From: a virus
Taxonomy: Duplodnaviria > Caudoviricetes
Virus record (IMG/VR): IMGVR_UViG_3300040811_001959
Length of the DNA stretch: 64,000 bases
Strand: one strand, 5' to 3'
Each line of letters opens with the position of its first letter. Within the stretch, counting starts at the first letter, position 1. Shown here piece after piece: positions 53,919 to 63,679 of the stretch. A program made the translations under genes and the position numbers. The notes beneath the pieces were generated by a model. That model did not search any database, was not told where the DNA came from, and saw nothing but the letters and a program-made list of their open reading frames with translations.

Positions 53919-54512
53919 ATGTCACGTATAATCGCATTTGGATGTTCAAACACATTTGGTCAAGGTTCTCCTGATTGCGTTACTGCTAGGCGTGGGGATC
54001 AACCTAGTCGCTACGCTTGGCCGGCAGTGCTCGGAAGACTGTTAAATAGACCTGTGGTTAATCTTGCAGTGCCTGGTGCTAGCAATTTAGAAATACTACA
54101 TCAAATAACTCGAACAGAATTTAAACCTGGCGATCTTGTATATGTGTTTTGGTCTTATCTTGATAGATGGTCAATCATTCGTGAATCAGACGTCGTCCAG
54201 ATAGGTCCTTGGTTTCAAGAATTTCCAAAGCGGAAAAACATGATCGAAACATGGTACAAGTACTTCCACGATGATTACCATGCACAATTCATGTATCGAA
54301 TAATTGTAGAAGAAGCTAGGAGATTAATTTCTAAAACAGTAACCACGTGTACATTCTTAGAGCCTGGTCCTTCGGGCATACAGTTTGGATTTCCCATGTT
54401 ACCGATAGATTTAGATCAACTACGAGAGCGATTTCCTGTTGGGCTAGATAACGTACATGTAGGAACAGAAGCACACAGGTATATAGCTGCACAGTTAAAA
54501 GAACGGTTATAA
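53919..54512 (+). CDS. SGNH/GDSL-like hydrolase or acyltransferase
   Basis: AFGCSNT (block I), NLAVPGASN (block II), DNVHVG (DxxH). Confidence 0.7.
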   Translation: MSRIIAFGCSNTFGQGSPDCVTARRGDQPSRYAWPAVLGRLLNRPVVNLAVPGASNLEILHQITRTEFKPGDLVYVFWSYLDRWSIIRESDVVQIGPWFQEFPKRKNMIETWYKYFHDDYHAQFMYRIIVEEARRLISKTVTTCTFLEPGPSGIQFGFPMLPIDLDQLRERFPVGLDNVHVGTEAHRYIAAQLKERL

Positions 54513-55021
54513 TGTTTTATTCCGTTATAGATTTTTTCTCCTACGATACTATACAAAAAATTACCGCAGATATAAACTGTTATTCCAGTAGAGATTACTC
54601 GGGTTGGTCGGAACGTTATAATTACACTGTGCGCACCGATCGTTGTTGTTTGTATTATTCAGATTGGGTATGGAGACTGTTAAGGAAAAAAATATCAAGT
54701 ACTCATCTATTACCTGTGGATTGGATTTTCCGTCCTTGGAGGATACACAAATTTTCAGCAGGAGGTTTTTATTCTTGGCACACGGATAATGTAATAGCCA
54801 ATAAGGAAACACACAGTGTCCGAACAAGGACAATAGTTATTAATTTAGATACAGAATATGATTTTAAATTAGAAACCGTTAAGGGTGATTATGATTTAAA
54901 ACCTGGAACGGGTATACAGATGCCAGTTGAAGACTACTATGCAATTAACATAGGTCGAAATGAAAGGTTAGAACACCGTGTTCTAACCACATGGGGAATG
55001 CGATCTAAGCTGTTTAGTTAG
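54512..55021 (+). CDS. 2OG-Fe(II) oxygenase-like protein
   Basis: GGFYSWHTD...RTRTIVINL. Confidence 0.65.
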   Translation: MFYSVIDFFSYDTIQKITADINCYSSRDYSGWSERYNYTVRTDRCCLYYSDWVWRLLRKKISSTHLLPVDWIFRPWRIHKFSAGGFYSWHTDNVIANKETHSVRTRTIVINLDTEYDFKLETVKGDYDLKPGTGIQMPVEDYYAINIGRNERLEHRVLTTWGMRSKLFS

Positions 55022-55520
55022 GTCGTTCTTGTTTTGGAGGAAGCAATCTTGTAGAGTCAATGTCATACAGTTCAAACATATCTCCGCCTTGGGATTTATT
55101 CGTACCTAAACCACCTGACTGATCGCCTAGATCTCCTATGCCTTCGTCATCCTCGGATGTTTGATTAAAGTTTCCTTCTACCCAAACTCCATTGCGTGCC
55201 TTCTGCATTGCTGCTTCTAGCTGTGCATGCTGTTCTTCTGTGTACGGTAATGAGTAAGCTCTAGGTTCAGTATCGTTGTCGTGTATTACCCACATGAATA
55301 ATCTATCGTCGGAATTAGCATAACTCAAGAGTACAAACTTTGATTGTAGATAACGTGTGGTAGGATATCCCAGTATGCTGCCATAAAAAGTATATAATCC
55401 AATCGCACAAGCAAGTGAAACAGGAATTATATAATAAAGATGTATGCTGCTTCTAGTGCTGATAATAGCGTATAGGATCAGCAGCACAACAACTATTGCA
55501 ATCAATAATAAATAGGTCAT
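55014..55520 (-). CDS. Two-TM membrane protein, third gene of the MotA-like trio
   Basis: Two N-terminal TM helices; YGSILGYPT...PRAYSLPY. Confidence 0.75.
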   Translation of the reverse strand: MTYLLLIAIVVVLLILYAIISTRSSIHLYYIIPVSLACAIGLYTFYGSILGYPTTRYLQSKFVLLSYANSDDRLFMWVIHDNDTEPRAYSLPYTEEQHAQLEAAMQKARNGVWVEGNFNQTSEDDEGIGDLGDQSGGLGTNKSQGGDMFELYDIDSTRLLPPKQERPN

Positions 55521-56176
55521 TAAAAGCCTCCTGAACGACTACCGCTTGATGTTGTTGTTGTGCCTACCTGTGCTTGCACTAATCGTTTAGGTAGTCTGTT
55601 TATTTTAGTAGCAGTGCCTTCTGCATCAAGTGTAAATCTAACAAATGTTTCTTCTTGTCCTTTTGCATCTAGAGTTTTACCATCTGAAAATATAATTTGG
55701 AACGGGTTTAATCTTAAAACTTCTATTTTTACTTCTGCAGGAATACGAGTTCCATATTGTTCAGAACCTATGCCTGGAGTAGTATAATAATGGGCATTGA
55801 CTACATAGTCGCCTGGTTGCAGTGCTCTAAGGGTAACTATTTCTCTGTTAAGATAGATCTTTTCTACCTCGCCATTTGGTAAAGTATAATAATCATTTCT
55901 TACACCTAAATCGTCCTTGTCTAGGTGTGCATGGCCTGCAACAGGGTTTATGTAGCTGACTTTGCCGTTAGGAGTCTCTACCCAAAGGTCAATATCTCCT
56001 TCGTGATCGTCCTGCCAGCTCATTACAATCATAATCTCTGCTTTGTATTCTATTTCAGATGTTTTGGCAGGATTATTAATCAGCAAGAAGCTGATTAGGA
56101 ACAGCATCACAAAACCAAGTATTAAATTGAATAATAAATCTATAAATGCAAGATTTGATACGTAACGTCTATCCAT
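55520..56176 (-). CDS. ExbD/MotB-like single-pass partner protein
   Basis: LAFIDLLFNLILGFVMLFL TM helix with a conserved Asp; periplasmic DIDLWV...LDKDDLG domain. Confidence 0.7.
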   Translation of the reverse strand: MDRRYVSNLAFIDLLFNLILGFVMLFLISFLLINNPAKTSEIEYKAEIMIVMSWQDDHEGDIDLWVETPNGKVSYINPVAGHAHLDKDDLGVRNDYYTLPNGEVEKIYLNREIVTLRALQPGDYVVNAHYYTTPGIGSEQYGTRIPAEVKIEVLRLNPFQIIFSDGKTLDAKGQEETFVRFTLDAEGTATKINRLPKRLVQAQVGTTTTSSGSRSGGF

Positions 56177-56645
56177 CTACGTGCTCATCCACTAACACCA
56201 GTTGTAACTTTAACAGCACACTCGCAATTAAGCCAACCAGTGTAGTCCATAGAGCAGTTCCCATTCCTGTAGCCATCATACCCAGTGCTTCCTGTACACT
56301 TGCGGTATCTTCTACATTTAAATCTATAAACACTGTGGTTAGCATGTAGATAAATCCTACCACAGTTCCTATCATTCCTAAGCTCAGCATGGTCTCACCG
56401 GCGAACCATTCTGGATTGGTGCTAAAAGTGTATCTGTCTTTATCACGGTCAAATCGGTGTAATCTGTAGCCTAGTCTCAGAGAGAATAAGAAATATAATC
56501 CTATAATAACCCAGCTAATCTTAGTAATGTCACTTTTGTATAGGCTGTCCAGGAATCCAAACGTCCAGCTGAGATACATTACTAATACACTTACACAGAA
56601 TACCGTATACCATTTAAGTCTAGTTTGTACATGTTCGTTCATCAT
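56169..56645 (-). CDS. MotA/TolQ/ExbB proton-channel family protein
   Basis: LSLGMIGTVVGF...GMGTALWTTLVGL signature; four hydrophobic helices. Confidence 0.88.
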   Translation of the reverse strand: MMNEHVQTRLKWYTVFCVSVLVMYLSWTFGFLDSLYKSDITKISWVIIGLYFLFSLRLGYRLHRFDRDKDRYTFSTNPEWFAGETMLSLGMIGTVVGFIYMLTTVFIDLNVEDTASVQEALGMMATGMGTALWTTLVGLIASVLLKLQLVLVDEHVDG

Positions 56646-58285
56646 TTATTTATCTCACCCCATTGTTTAAAAGTGTAACACTTGGTATCTACTGTATGTA
56701 TATAATCTGATCTGTCCTGTGTGCGGATGCGACCTTGACCATATACGATGTCATAATCTCTATATGCTACTGGTCTTTGCACTGTAACGTCTATGTATTC
56801 GCCATAGCCTGTGCCTAGTGTTAAGAATGTTACCCAGCGTCCGTTAGTACCACGGAATGCACGACCGTTAGCTACAATACCTGCAAACTCTACACGGTCA
56901 AGCCACTGCTGTCGTACACCAAGCCCGTCCGGAAATCCCTTGTGCCACCAGCCCGGTTCTGCAGGCACTTTCACCCTGTGTGCTTCACAGTTGTATACCC
57001 AGCGCCTATAACTACCTTGACAGTGCTTTAGACATGCTGCCCAGAACTTGCGTTTGTTATGTGCTTTCTGATATGCCAGTGCCCAGATAAGCCGGCCTAG
57101 GTTAACAGCATGCGCCCTGCACAATCCAAAGCCACTTAGCTCTTGCAGTGCTGTAATAGCTTCTTGCTTGCGTGGATGATCTCCTATCCGTTGCATAAAT
57201 TCAAGTATCCTTGAATCGTTCTTCTTTGCAAACGCACGGCGATACATGTCTGCTTCGTAGTTGTCTACATCTATTATATCACTGATAATCTCAATAGCAT
57301 CATCCTCAAACACTATTGTGTCCTGTACTGCTTCTCTGCTCCAGTCGTGGAACATAGCAGCCTTCTGCCTACCTGATAGTGCTACTGGACGTATCAGTGC
57401 AGTAGCAAACACACAATCCTCCACGCTCTGCGGTTGTAGCGCACGGAATAACCTACGCATCGCAGGAGACTCGCCTTGTGTAACACCCAGCACATCTCCC
57501 CTGCACAACAGTTCACTAGTAGCAGGATCCGTGCGTGGATAGTCTGCAAGTGCTGTATCTGGATCTATTTCTAGCAGTTGCGACAGTCCACGATTAGCTA
57601 GGATATCTACCTTAAGGTGCTCTAGGTCTTCTACTTCATATTTGTCCAGCAGTATTTGATTATCTGCTGATATAAGACTTTTGGGTAGCTGGCGTGTAAA
57701 CATTACTACACCGCCACAGTGCTTGCTTATACAACGCTTCTTGCCCAAGAGCTTGCGTTCTATACGTTTGGCTTCCTTAGGATCCACACCCGCAGATTCA
57801 TACGTAAATCCACGCTTTAAAGCTCCTGTAGCACCCAAACGCTTTGCTGCTTCTCTACGTGCGCTCTTTTCTTTATATGTAACGTAGTTGCTTAAACGTG
57901 CAGTCTTACCAGGCCATTTTTTAAATATCCGCTGCATAACTTCATTCTGCCTGTGATGCTCAAAGTCTATGTCAACATCAGGCAAGTCATCACGCATTGG
58001 ATTCATAAAACGTGCAACTGGTATACGCCACAGTACAGGATCAACATCTGTAATACCAAGTAGGTAACAGATGAGGCTAGAGCCTGCGCTGCCACGTGTC
58101 ATGTGGGTAAGATCGTCTGTGAGATCTATTATATCACATATTTGGAGGAAGTAATCTGTGAAGCGTTGATTGAGGATTAGTTCGAATTCTTCTACTAGCC
58201 TTAGCTTGTATTCTTCGCCTTCGGGTACGGGTCTTTTAAAGCGACCCATGAGCCTTTCTATATTATCTAAATCTGTGTTTGCCAT
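56642..58285 (-). CDS. dnaE: Compact DNA polymerase III alpha-like (family C) polymerase lacking the PHP domain
   Basis: RGSAGSSLICYLLGITDVDP, PDVDIDF, SKHCGGVV, KVDIL, GVTQGES, FGLCRAHA, C-terminal OB-like region; 547 aa. Confidence 0.88.
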   Translation of the reverse strand: MANTDLDNIERLMGRFKRPVPEGEEYKLRLVEEFELILNQRFTDYFLQICDIIDLTDDLTHMTRGSAGSSLICYLLGITDVDPVLWRIPVARFMNPMRDDLPDVDIDFEHHRQNEVMQRIFKKWPGKTARLSNYVTYKEKSARREAAKRLGATGALKRGFTYESAGVDPKEAKRIERKLLGKKRCISKHCGGVVMFTRQLPKSLISADNQILLDKYEVEDLEHLKVDILANRGLSQLLEIDPDTALADYPRTDPATSELLCRGDVLGVTQGESPAMRRLFRALQPQSVEDCVFATALIRPVALSGRQKAAMFHDWSREAVQDTIVFEDDAIEIISDIIDVDNYEADMYRRAFAKKNDSRILEFMQRIGDHPRKQEAITALQELSGFGLCRAHAVNLGRLIWALAYQKAHNKRKFWAACLKHCQGSYRRWVYNCEAHRVKVPAEPGWWHKGFPDGLGVRQQWLDRVEFAGIVANGRAFRGTNGRWVTFLTLGTGYGEYIDVTVQRPVAYRDYDIVYGQGRIRTQDRSDYIHTVDTKCYTFKQWGEINK

Positions 58286-58350
58286 TGTGCCTTTCTTTGC
58301 CTCTATGGCAAATATTTACTTCCTAGTAGGTGTAAGGCACAATGATCTGA

Positions 58351-59184
58351 TTAGCCTACAAAGGCTTTCTCTACTACATAATCTCCAGGAGTTCCTGTAT
58401 TACCTTCTGCAAATCTATTTGCGTCAAGTATACGTTTTAAGTCTTCATTAAACTCCATACTACCGCAAAGCATTACACGATCTTGTTGAGGATCCATTTC
58501 TCCTAGTAATACCTTATCATTGATAAGTTCTGTAATACGTTTCTGATATCCAATATACAATTCATCTCTAGTTACAATAGGAAATAAATTTAGATCGTAT
58601 CCTGTTAGGTCTGCCCTATATGCTTTAAGCTCGTCTTGCTCTCTTACACTCCATGCTACATTAACTTCTGCGAAAACATTGAAAATATCCTTCTGTCTTA
58701 CTAAGCTCATAAAAGGTGCAATACCTGTTCCTGTTGCAAGTAACCAAAGCCTGCGACCTGGCTTTAGGTTTTCTAATAACAGGGTGCCTGTTGCCTTAGC
58801 GCCTACTTCAACTGTATCACCAGGCTGAATATTTTTTAGCCTTGAAGTAAGTGCTCCGTCAGGCACCTTGATCGAATAAAATTCTAAATGATTATCTTCA
58901 GGAGAACTGGTAATTGAATACGCTCTGCGTACCTTATCACCAAGCCCGATCATTACAAACTCACCTGCTTTAAATGTGTAGTCTACTGGTTTGTCTGTAA
59001 CAAATCTAAACAGTGTATCAGTATAGTGCTGTACTTCTCTAACCATTACAACATGTTTATCGTTTTTTGGTTTTTCCGCAACTTGTTCTGCTTGCAGTAT
59101 TAATAGTTCTGCTTGCCATTCTGCTTCTGATAAAGCATGCCATCCTCTACAAAAATCTGGACTTCGTCCGCATCCACACGCCAT
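58351..59184 (-). CDS. fpr: Ferredoxin(flavodoxin)-NADP+ reductase with N-terminal CDGSH-like Cys/His extension
   Basis: RAYSITS, LATGTGIAPF, MLCGS, VEKAFV; N-terminus CGCGRSPDFCRGWH. Confidence 0.9.
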   Translation of the reverse strand: MACGCGRSPDFCRGWHALSEAEWQAELLILQAEQVAEKPKNDKHVVMVREVQHYTDTLFRFVTDKPVDYTFKAGEFVMIGLGDKVRRAYSITSSPEDNHLEFYSIKVPDGALTSRLKNIQPGDTVEVGAKATGTLLLENLKPGRRLWLLATGTGIAPFMSLVRQKDIFNVFAEVNVAWSVREQDELKAYRADLTGYDLNLFPIVTRDELYIGYQKRITELINDKVLLGEMDPQQDRVMLCGSMEFNEDLKRILDANRFAEGNTGTPGDYVVEKAFVG

Positions 59185-59193
59185 AGTTCTCCT

Positions 59194-60621
59194 TTAGTCT
59201 GTTTCAGTGTTTAGGTTATTTAAGAATTCTTTAAGTTTAGTACTGTCAGTTTTGGCTTTGATCTTACCTACTGTATCTCCTTCTGCAGGATCCTCTCTCA
59301 CGGTTTCCTGTTGTGTTTGTGCAGTCCTTTTGATCTGGTCAAACACTGTGCTCTTACGTTTGTTAAATTCTTGATAGTCTTCGTCCTCGTTCATATCACG
59401 TATACGCAAATTATCAATATCAAATTCTAGATCTACTTTACTACCAACACCACTCGAGTTACGTGTTTTCATTAGCTGTATTTGATATCTACCACGCTCT
59501 CGCATTGCCCTACTTGTAAAGATACCTATCACATTATCTGCAGTTTGTATCTTACTAAGTCCGCCTGATATGTGTGAATGATCAAACTCTATCTCTTCCA
59601 CGCTTGCTCTATTCAGCTGGCTAGCTGTAACAAACAGTGTGTTAGTTTCCATTGCTAGGTTACGTAGTTCCTCACTTACATATTTGTCCTTAACAAACAA
59701 GTTTTCTGCTGATATACGTTTAGCAATAGGCATCATTAGATCTAAATAATCAACAAGTATCACTTCAATCTTACGTCCTGTCTTAACCTCAAACTCTTTA
59801 ATGTAACTACGTAGATCATTTGCAGTCTTACCACTTGGCATATACTTAACTTGGAAAGCACCGGACTTTTTACCTATCATCTTTACTTTCATTTCTACAT
59901 CGTCTATGCTTTTAAATATCTCTCTGCTGGGTATGTCTGTAACCATACTGTCAAGCCTCATGCTTACAATATTCTCACTAAGCTCAAATGTCAAGTACAG
60001 TACATTAAGTCCTGCCAGCGCCCAATTCACTCCTAGATTAGCTAAGAACAAACTCTTACCAGCACCACTACCTCCTGCGAATATATTAAGCTCTCCCCTG
60101 TTAAATCCACCAAACAGTCGCTTATCTAGCGTAGCCCAGCCTGTGCTAACCTGTCCATTACGACTTTTTATTTCTTCTAATCTTGCACGGGGGTCTCTCC
60201 AATAGTCTGTTCCTAGATCTTTCTGTAATCCTATTTGTACTGCTCTCTTAACTAGATCTTCAACAGGTCCATATTCTCCTTTCTCTAGTAAGTCTGCTGA
60301 TTTGAGGATTGCATCTTCTAGTGCTTTATGTCTACTAAATGTTTCAAACTCCTGCAACAACCAATCATAATGTTGTTCTTGTAGTGTACCTGGATTTTTT
60401 AAATCGCATTTAGCGGCAGCATTAATCATGTCAAACGTAGGCAATGCGTTATGCTCTGCTACATAATCCTTTAGGAATTCTGCAGCAGGTTGCAAACGCC
60501 TATCAAACGTCTTTGGTTCAAATACACCTTGACATCTTACATAACTTTCGGCATCTGTAAGGAACATCTCAAGATATACTTTTTGTATATCATAACCGTA
60601 GTCTACATTTTGTCTTGACAT
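59194..60621 (-). CDS. Replicative DNA helicase (T4 gp41/DnaB-like)
   Basis: GELNIFAGGSGAGKS, LVDYLDL, TASQLNR, KIQTADNV, LMKTRN. Confidence 0.95.
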   Translation of the reverse strand: MSRQNVDYGYDIQKVYLEMFLTDAESYVRCQGVFEPKTFDRRLQPAAEFLKDYVAEHNALPTFDMINAAAKCDLKNPGTLQEQHYDWLLQEFETFSRHKALEDAILKSADLLEKGEYGPVEDLVKRAVQIGLQKDLGTDYWRDPRARLEEIKSRNGQVSTGWATLDKRLFGGFNRGELNIFAGGSGAGKSLFLANLGVNWALAGLNVLYLTFELSENIVSMRLDSMVTDIPSREIFKSIDDVEMKVKMIGKKSGAFQVKYMPSGKTANDLRSYIKEFEVKTGRKIEVILVDYLDLMMPIAKRISAENLFVKDKYVSEELRNLAMETNTLFVTASQLNRASVEEIEFDHSHISGGLSKIQTADNVIGIFTSRAMRERGRYQIQLMKTRNSSGVGSKVDLEFDIDNLRIRDMNEDEDYQEFNKRKSTVFDQIKRTAQTQQETVREDPAEGDTVGKIKAKTDSTKLKEFLNNLNTETD

Positions 60622-61020
60622 TTATTTTTTGGTTGGCATTGTAAAAAGTGCATTTACTGCATTTTCAGTTGGCTTACGTGCAAACACACACCATTGTAAT
60701 ACTTCTTCATCTGGATAGTTTTCTGCTACATAATCTTGGAAGCTCTTGCCTGTTGTATACACATCATCTACTACAAGCACAGGATCATTTAAGTTTTGAG
60801 TACTGTACTTATCTAGTGCTTTGCCTAGTGCTACGCCACCTCTGGGTATACCTATAGCGGCTCGCCAGTTACGAGGCTCATACTCTCTAATAATATGTGC
60901 AAGGGCTACCCATTCGTCTGGTGATATAGCATCACATTCGATCTTCCAGGTAAGTGGCAAGCCTGCATGGCTAATAAAATTTATTTTTTGGAATAAGTCT
61001 ATGTTAATGTTTTTATTCAT
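60622..61020 (-). CDS. Type I phosphoribosyltransferase (OPRT-like, short)
   Basis: GIPRGG, VLVVDDVYTTGKS PRPP-binding loop. Confidence 0.85.
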   Translation of the reverse strand: MNKNINIDLFQKINFISHAGLPLTWKIECDAISPDEWVALAHIIREYEPRNWRAAIGIPRGGVALGKALDKYSTQNLNDPVLVVDDVYTTGKSFQDYVAENYPDEEVLQWCVFARKPTENAVNALFTMPTKK

Positions 61021-62540
61021 GAAAATACCTTTACATTGTATAGTTTACTAAATTCTTGTGCATCTGTCAATGTGTTTACTATCGGTTTGCCTTTTATATT
61101 GAGACTAGTGTTTAACAACATAGGACAGCCTGTTAGTTCGTACCATCTTTCCAACAACGCTCTAAAACCTGGGTGATCTTGCTTTGTAACTGTTTGAACT
61201 CTGCTGGTTCCGTCTGCGTGGACAATTGCAGGGTATCTTTCAGGATAGCGACAACGTGCGGTGTACTGCATATAACGTCCGAAGGGCGGCTCAAATAAAC
61301 TGGATGCGTGTTCTGCAAGGACTGCAGGTGCGAAGGGACGGAACTTCTGTCTACGTTTAATGGCATTGACTTTATCTTTAATATCCATACGCTGAGGGTC
61401 AGCAAGAAGGCTGCGAGCGCCAAGGCTACGAGGACCGAACTCGGCTCTTCCTGACGCAACCCCTGCAATACCTGTTTGCATAAGTTCTGTAATGATTTCA
61501 TCTACTGGATATTCTCCTTCTATATCATAACCCAGATACGGTCCAGGCCATTCTATATGTGTGCCTCTATGTGCAAGCACTGCTCCTATGCAACTGCCTG
61601 CATCGCCCGGATTAGGCATTATCCAAATGTTACCTTCACCATTCCAGTGTTCAACTATCTTGCTGTTAGCACTGCAATTCAATGCACAACCACCCATAAA
61701 CACTAGGTTACTGCTAGCATATGTCCTAGCTACAGCCTTACTTATCTTAGTTAATATATGCTCATATGCCCATTGCGTTCCTGCTGCTACGTCATACGCC
61801 CATTGTGTAAATTCTTGTTTATCGTCTAAGATATTAAATGCAATCTTAGTAGGTTCCCACCACATGCATCCCCTATGTAGATTGTGCTTTAGCTGGAAGT
61901 TAGGAAGGCGATTAAAAAAGTTTAAATGGTTAGGAAATTGTTCCCAAAAATCGTTTAATATTGTTTCTCCATACTTACCTGCATCTCCATATGCTGCCAT
62001 ACCCATAAGTATGTATTCTTCCTCATTTGGTTTAAGACCTATGCGCTGTGTCATTGCACTATACCAAATACCTATGCTGTTAGGATAGTTCCATGTCCGT
62101 TTACAGGTTAGTTTATCATACTCACCTTCCCACACACTTAGTGTATTCCATTCTCCTATTGCATCTATGACTAGAATTGTTGCATGATCAAATCCACTAG
62201 TATAATATCCCGCTGCTGTATGTGAACGATGATGACCTACTGTTGATATAGGCGATGTTATACCATATTGTGTCAAATATTTTTTTATGCGATTCTTATT
62301 GAATAAATCTTTTTGTCCTGCATACCATTGTCTTGTAGTTTTTAGAAAAGGTTTTTCATACCAAACAATCCTATCAGGCTGCCCCCATTGTAGTGCATAA
62401 TTAATAATACTAGGATTTAAGTGTGCATCATTTTTTTTATGGCTAAATCTTTCTGCATGACTTGCAAATTTTATTTTGTCGTTGTTATGCACACTAATTG
62501 CAGCGTCATGACTATTAGCACTAATTCCCCATGTAATCAT
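61017..62540 (-). CDS. Carbamoyltransferase (CmcH/NodU/TobZ family)
   Basis: HDAA, HHRSHTAAGY, DAIGE, EYILMGMAAYG, GGCALN, PGDAGS.IG, GRAEFGPRSLG, RPFAP, LLNTSLN. Confidence 0.93.
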   Translation of the reverse strand: MITWGISANSHDAAISVHNNDKIKFASHAERFSHKKNDAHLNPSIINYALQWGQPDRIVWYEKPFLKTTRQWYAGQKDLFNKNRIKKYLTQYGITSPISTVGHHRSHTAAGYYTSGFDHATILVIDAIGEWNTLSVWEGEYDKLTCKRTWNYPNSIGIWYSAMTQRIGLKPNEEEYILMGMAAYGDAGKYGETILNDFWEQFPNHLNFFNRLPNFQLKHNLHRGCMWWEPTKIAFNILDDKQEFTQWAYDVAAGTQWAYEHILTKISKAVARTYASSNLVFMGGCALNCSANSKIVEHWNGEGNIWIMPNPGDAGSCIGAVLAHRGTHIEWPGPYLGYDIEGEYPVDEIITELMQTGIAGVASGRAEFGPRSLGARSLLADPQRMDIKDKVNAIKRRQKFRPFAPAVLAEHASSLFEPPFGRYMQYTARCRYPERYPAIVHADGTSRVQTVTKQDHPGFRALLERWYELTGCPMLLNTSLNIKGKPIVNTLTDAQEFSKLYNVKVFS

Positions 62541-62675
62541 TTAATCATATATAAAAGGATCGTCTTCTCTTAATTTTTTTAATTTTTTCCGGTATTTTAT
62601 TTCATCTTTAATCCAGTAATAAGGATAAGATATCCAATACCAAATAATGCTTAATTTTTCTTTTAACCAAACCAT
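62541..62675 (-). CDS. Small peptide (44 aa)
   Basis: MVWLKEKLS...KKLREDDPFIYD; fills the primase-carbamoyltransferase gap. Confidence 0.55.
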   Translation of the reverse strand: MVWLKEKLSIIWYWISYPYYWIKDEIKYRKKLKKLREDDPFIYD

Positions 62676-63643
62676 TTTTTTGCCCTTAAATTTATTTTTA
62701 AATTAGATGTTTCTATTGCGGTGATAATACTGTATAAAGTTAACATCCTACCGTATTTATGTACAGCGTCACCTATGTCATTTATATCTTTACTCCACAT
62801 AGGAAAACTTACACTCCAGCCTAGATCTATTGCTTGGTTGATTAATTTTTTTCCAGCAGGATCTCTGTCCGGTATTATAATTTTTTCAGTTTCTAATGAA
62901 TTTAATAATAATGCCTGACCAGTTGATATTTCAGATCCTAAAATACTAGTAGCGCCAATAAGTAGTGCATCAATAGGGCCTTCGCAAACTAGTGTAAGTT
63001 TATAATTTTCTTTTTGCTGGTCTAGCCCAAAAACATATCCAGGCTGTGAATTGGTTATATATTTTGGTTTTTTATTTTGTGTTGTACGTGCTGTATAACC
63101 AACAATTTCATTTTCATAATAAAAAGGAATAATTAATCTATCTCTATATCCTATTTTACTAGACCAATAAAAATTTGTATCATTAAAATCTAATCCTCTA
63201 TTTACAATATATTCTATAATTGGAATTAAATTTTTATCAACACTAATAGAATCGTTAATACAAACAACATTATCTGGTAGTTTTATTTTTTTAAATGCTG
63301 GTACTTTGATATCATGCAGTTTTGATTTTTTATTATCAATTTGTTTTAATAAATCTAAGGCGAGTTGATTAATTGTAGTATCAGGAACGCCAATCCAACT
63401 TAAAAAATTTTTAAATTTTAAAGAAAGATTACGTCCAGCTTGCCAGCTACATTTAAAACCACAATTAAAGCAGTGATAAGTTACACCTTCGTCGCCATTT
63501 ATAATTAAACCGCCGCGACCTCTTGTATCCTGTGCGTGTCCATTATAATGACAACACGGGGCATTAAAACTTATCCAACCACTAGGTGTAATTTTTTTCT
63601 TTGCTGGTATGTGTACAGATACAATATTAGATACAATGCTCAT
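62663..63643 (-). CDS. DNA primase (T4 gp61-like)
   Basis: Zn finger NAPCCH...HCFNCG; TOPRIM VCEGPIDA...PDRD. Confidence 0.92.
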   Translation of the reverse strand: MSIVSNIVSVHIPAKKKITPSGWISFNAPCCHYNGHAQDTRGRGGLIINGDEGVTYHCFNCGFKCSWQAGRNLSLKFKNFLSWIGVPDTTINQLALDLLKQIDNKKSKLHDIKVPAFKKIKLPDNVVCINDSISVDKNLIPIIEYIVNRGLDFNDTNFYWSSKIGYRDRLIIPFYYENEIVGYTARTTQNKKPKYITNSQPGYVFGLDQQKENYKLTLVCEGPIDALLIGATSILGSEISTGQALLLNSLETEKIIIPDRDPAGKKLINQAIDLGWSVSFPMWSKDINDIGDAVHKYGRMLTLYSIITAIETSNLKINLRAKKWFG

Positions 63644-63679
63644 ATTTTAATTATAGCAAAGTAACTATCGTTTGTCAAG

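Noticed and set aside
56642-63643. Introns or inteins in DnaE, helicase or primase
   Set aside because: The proteins are normal length or shorter, with no C/S...HN intein ends or interrupted frames.
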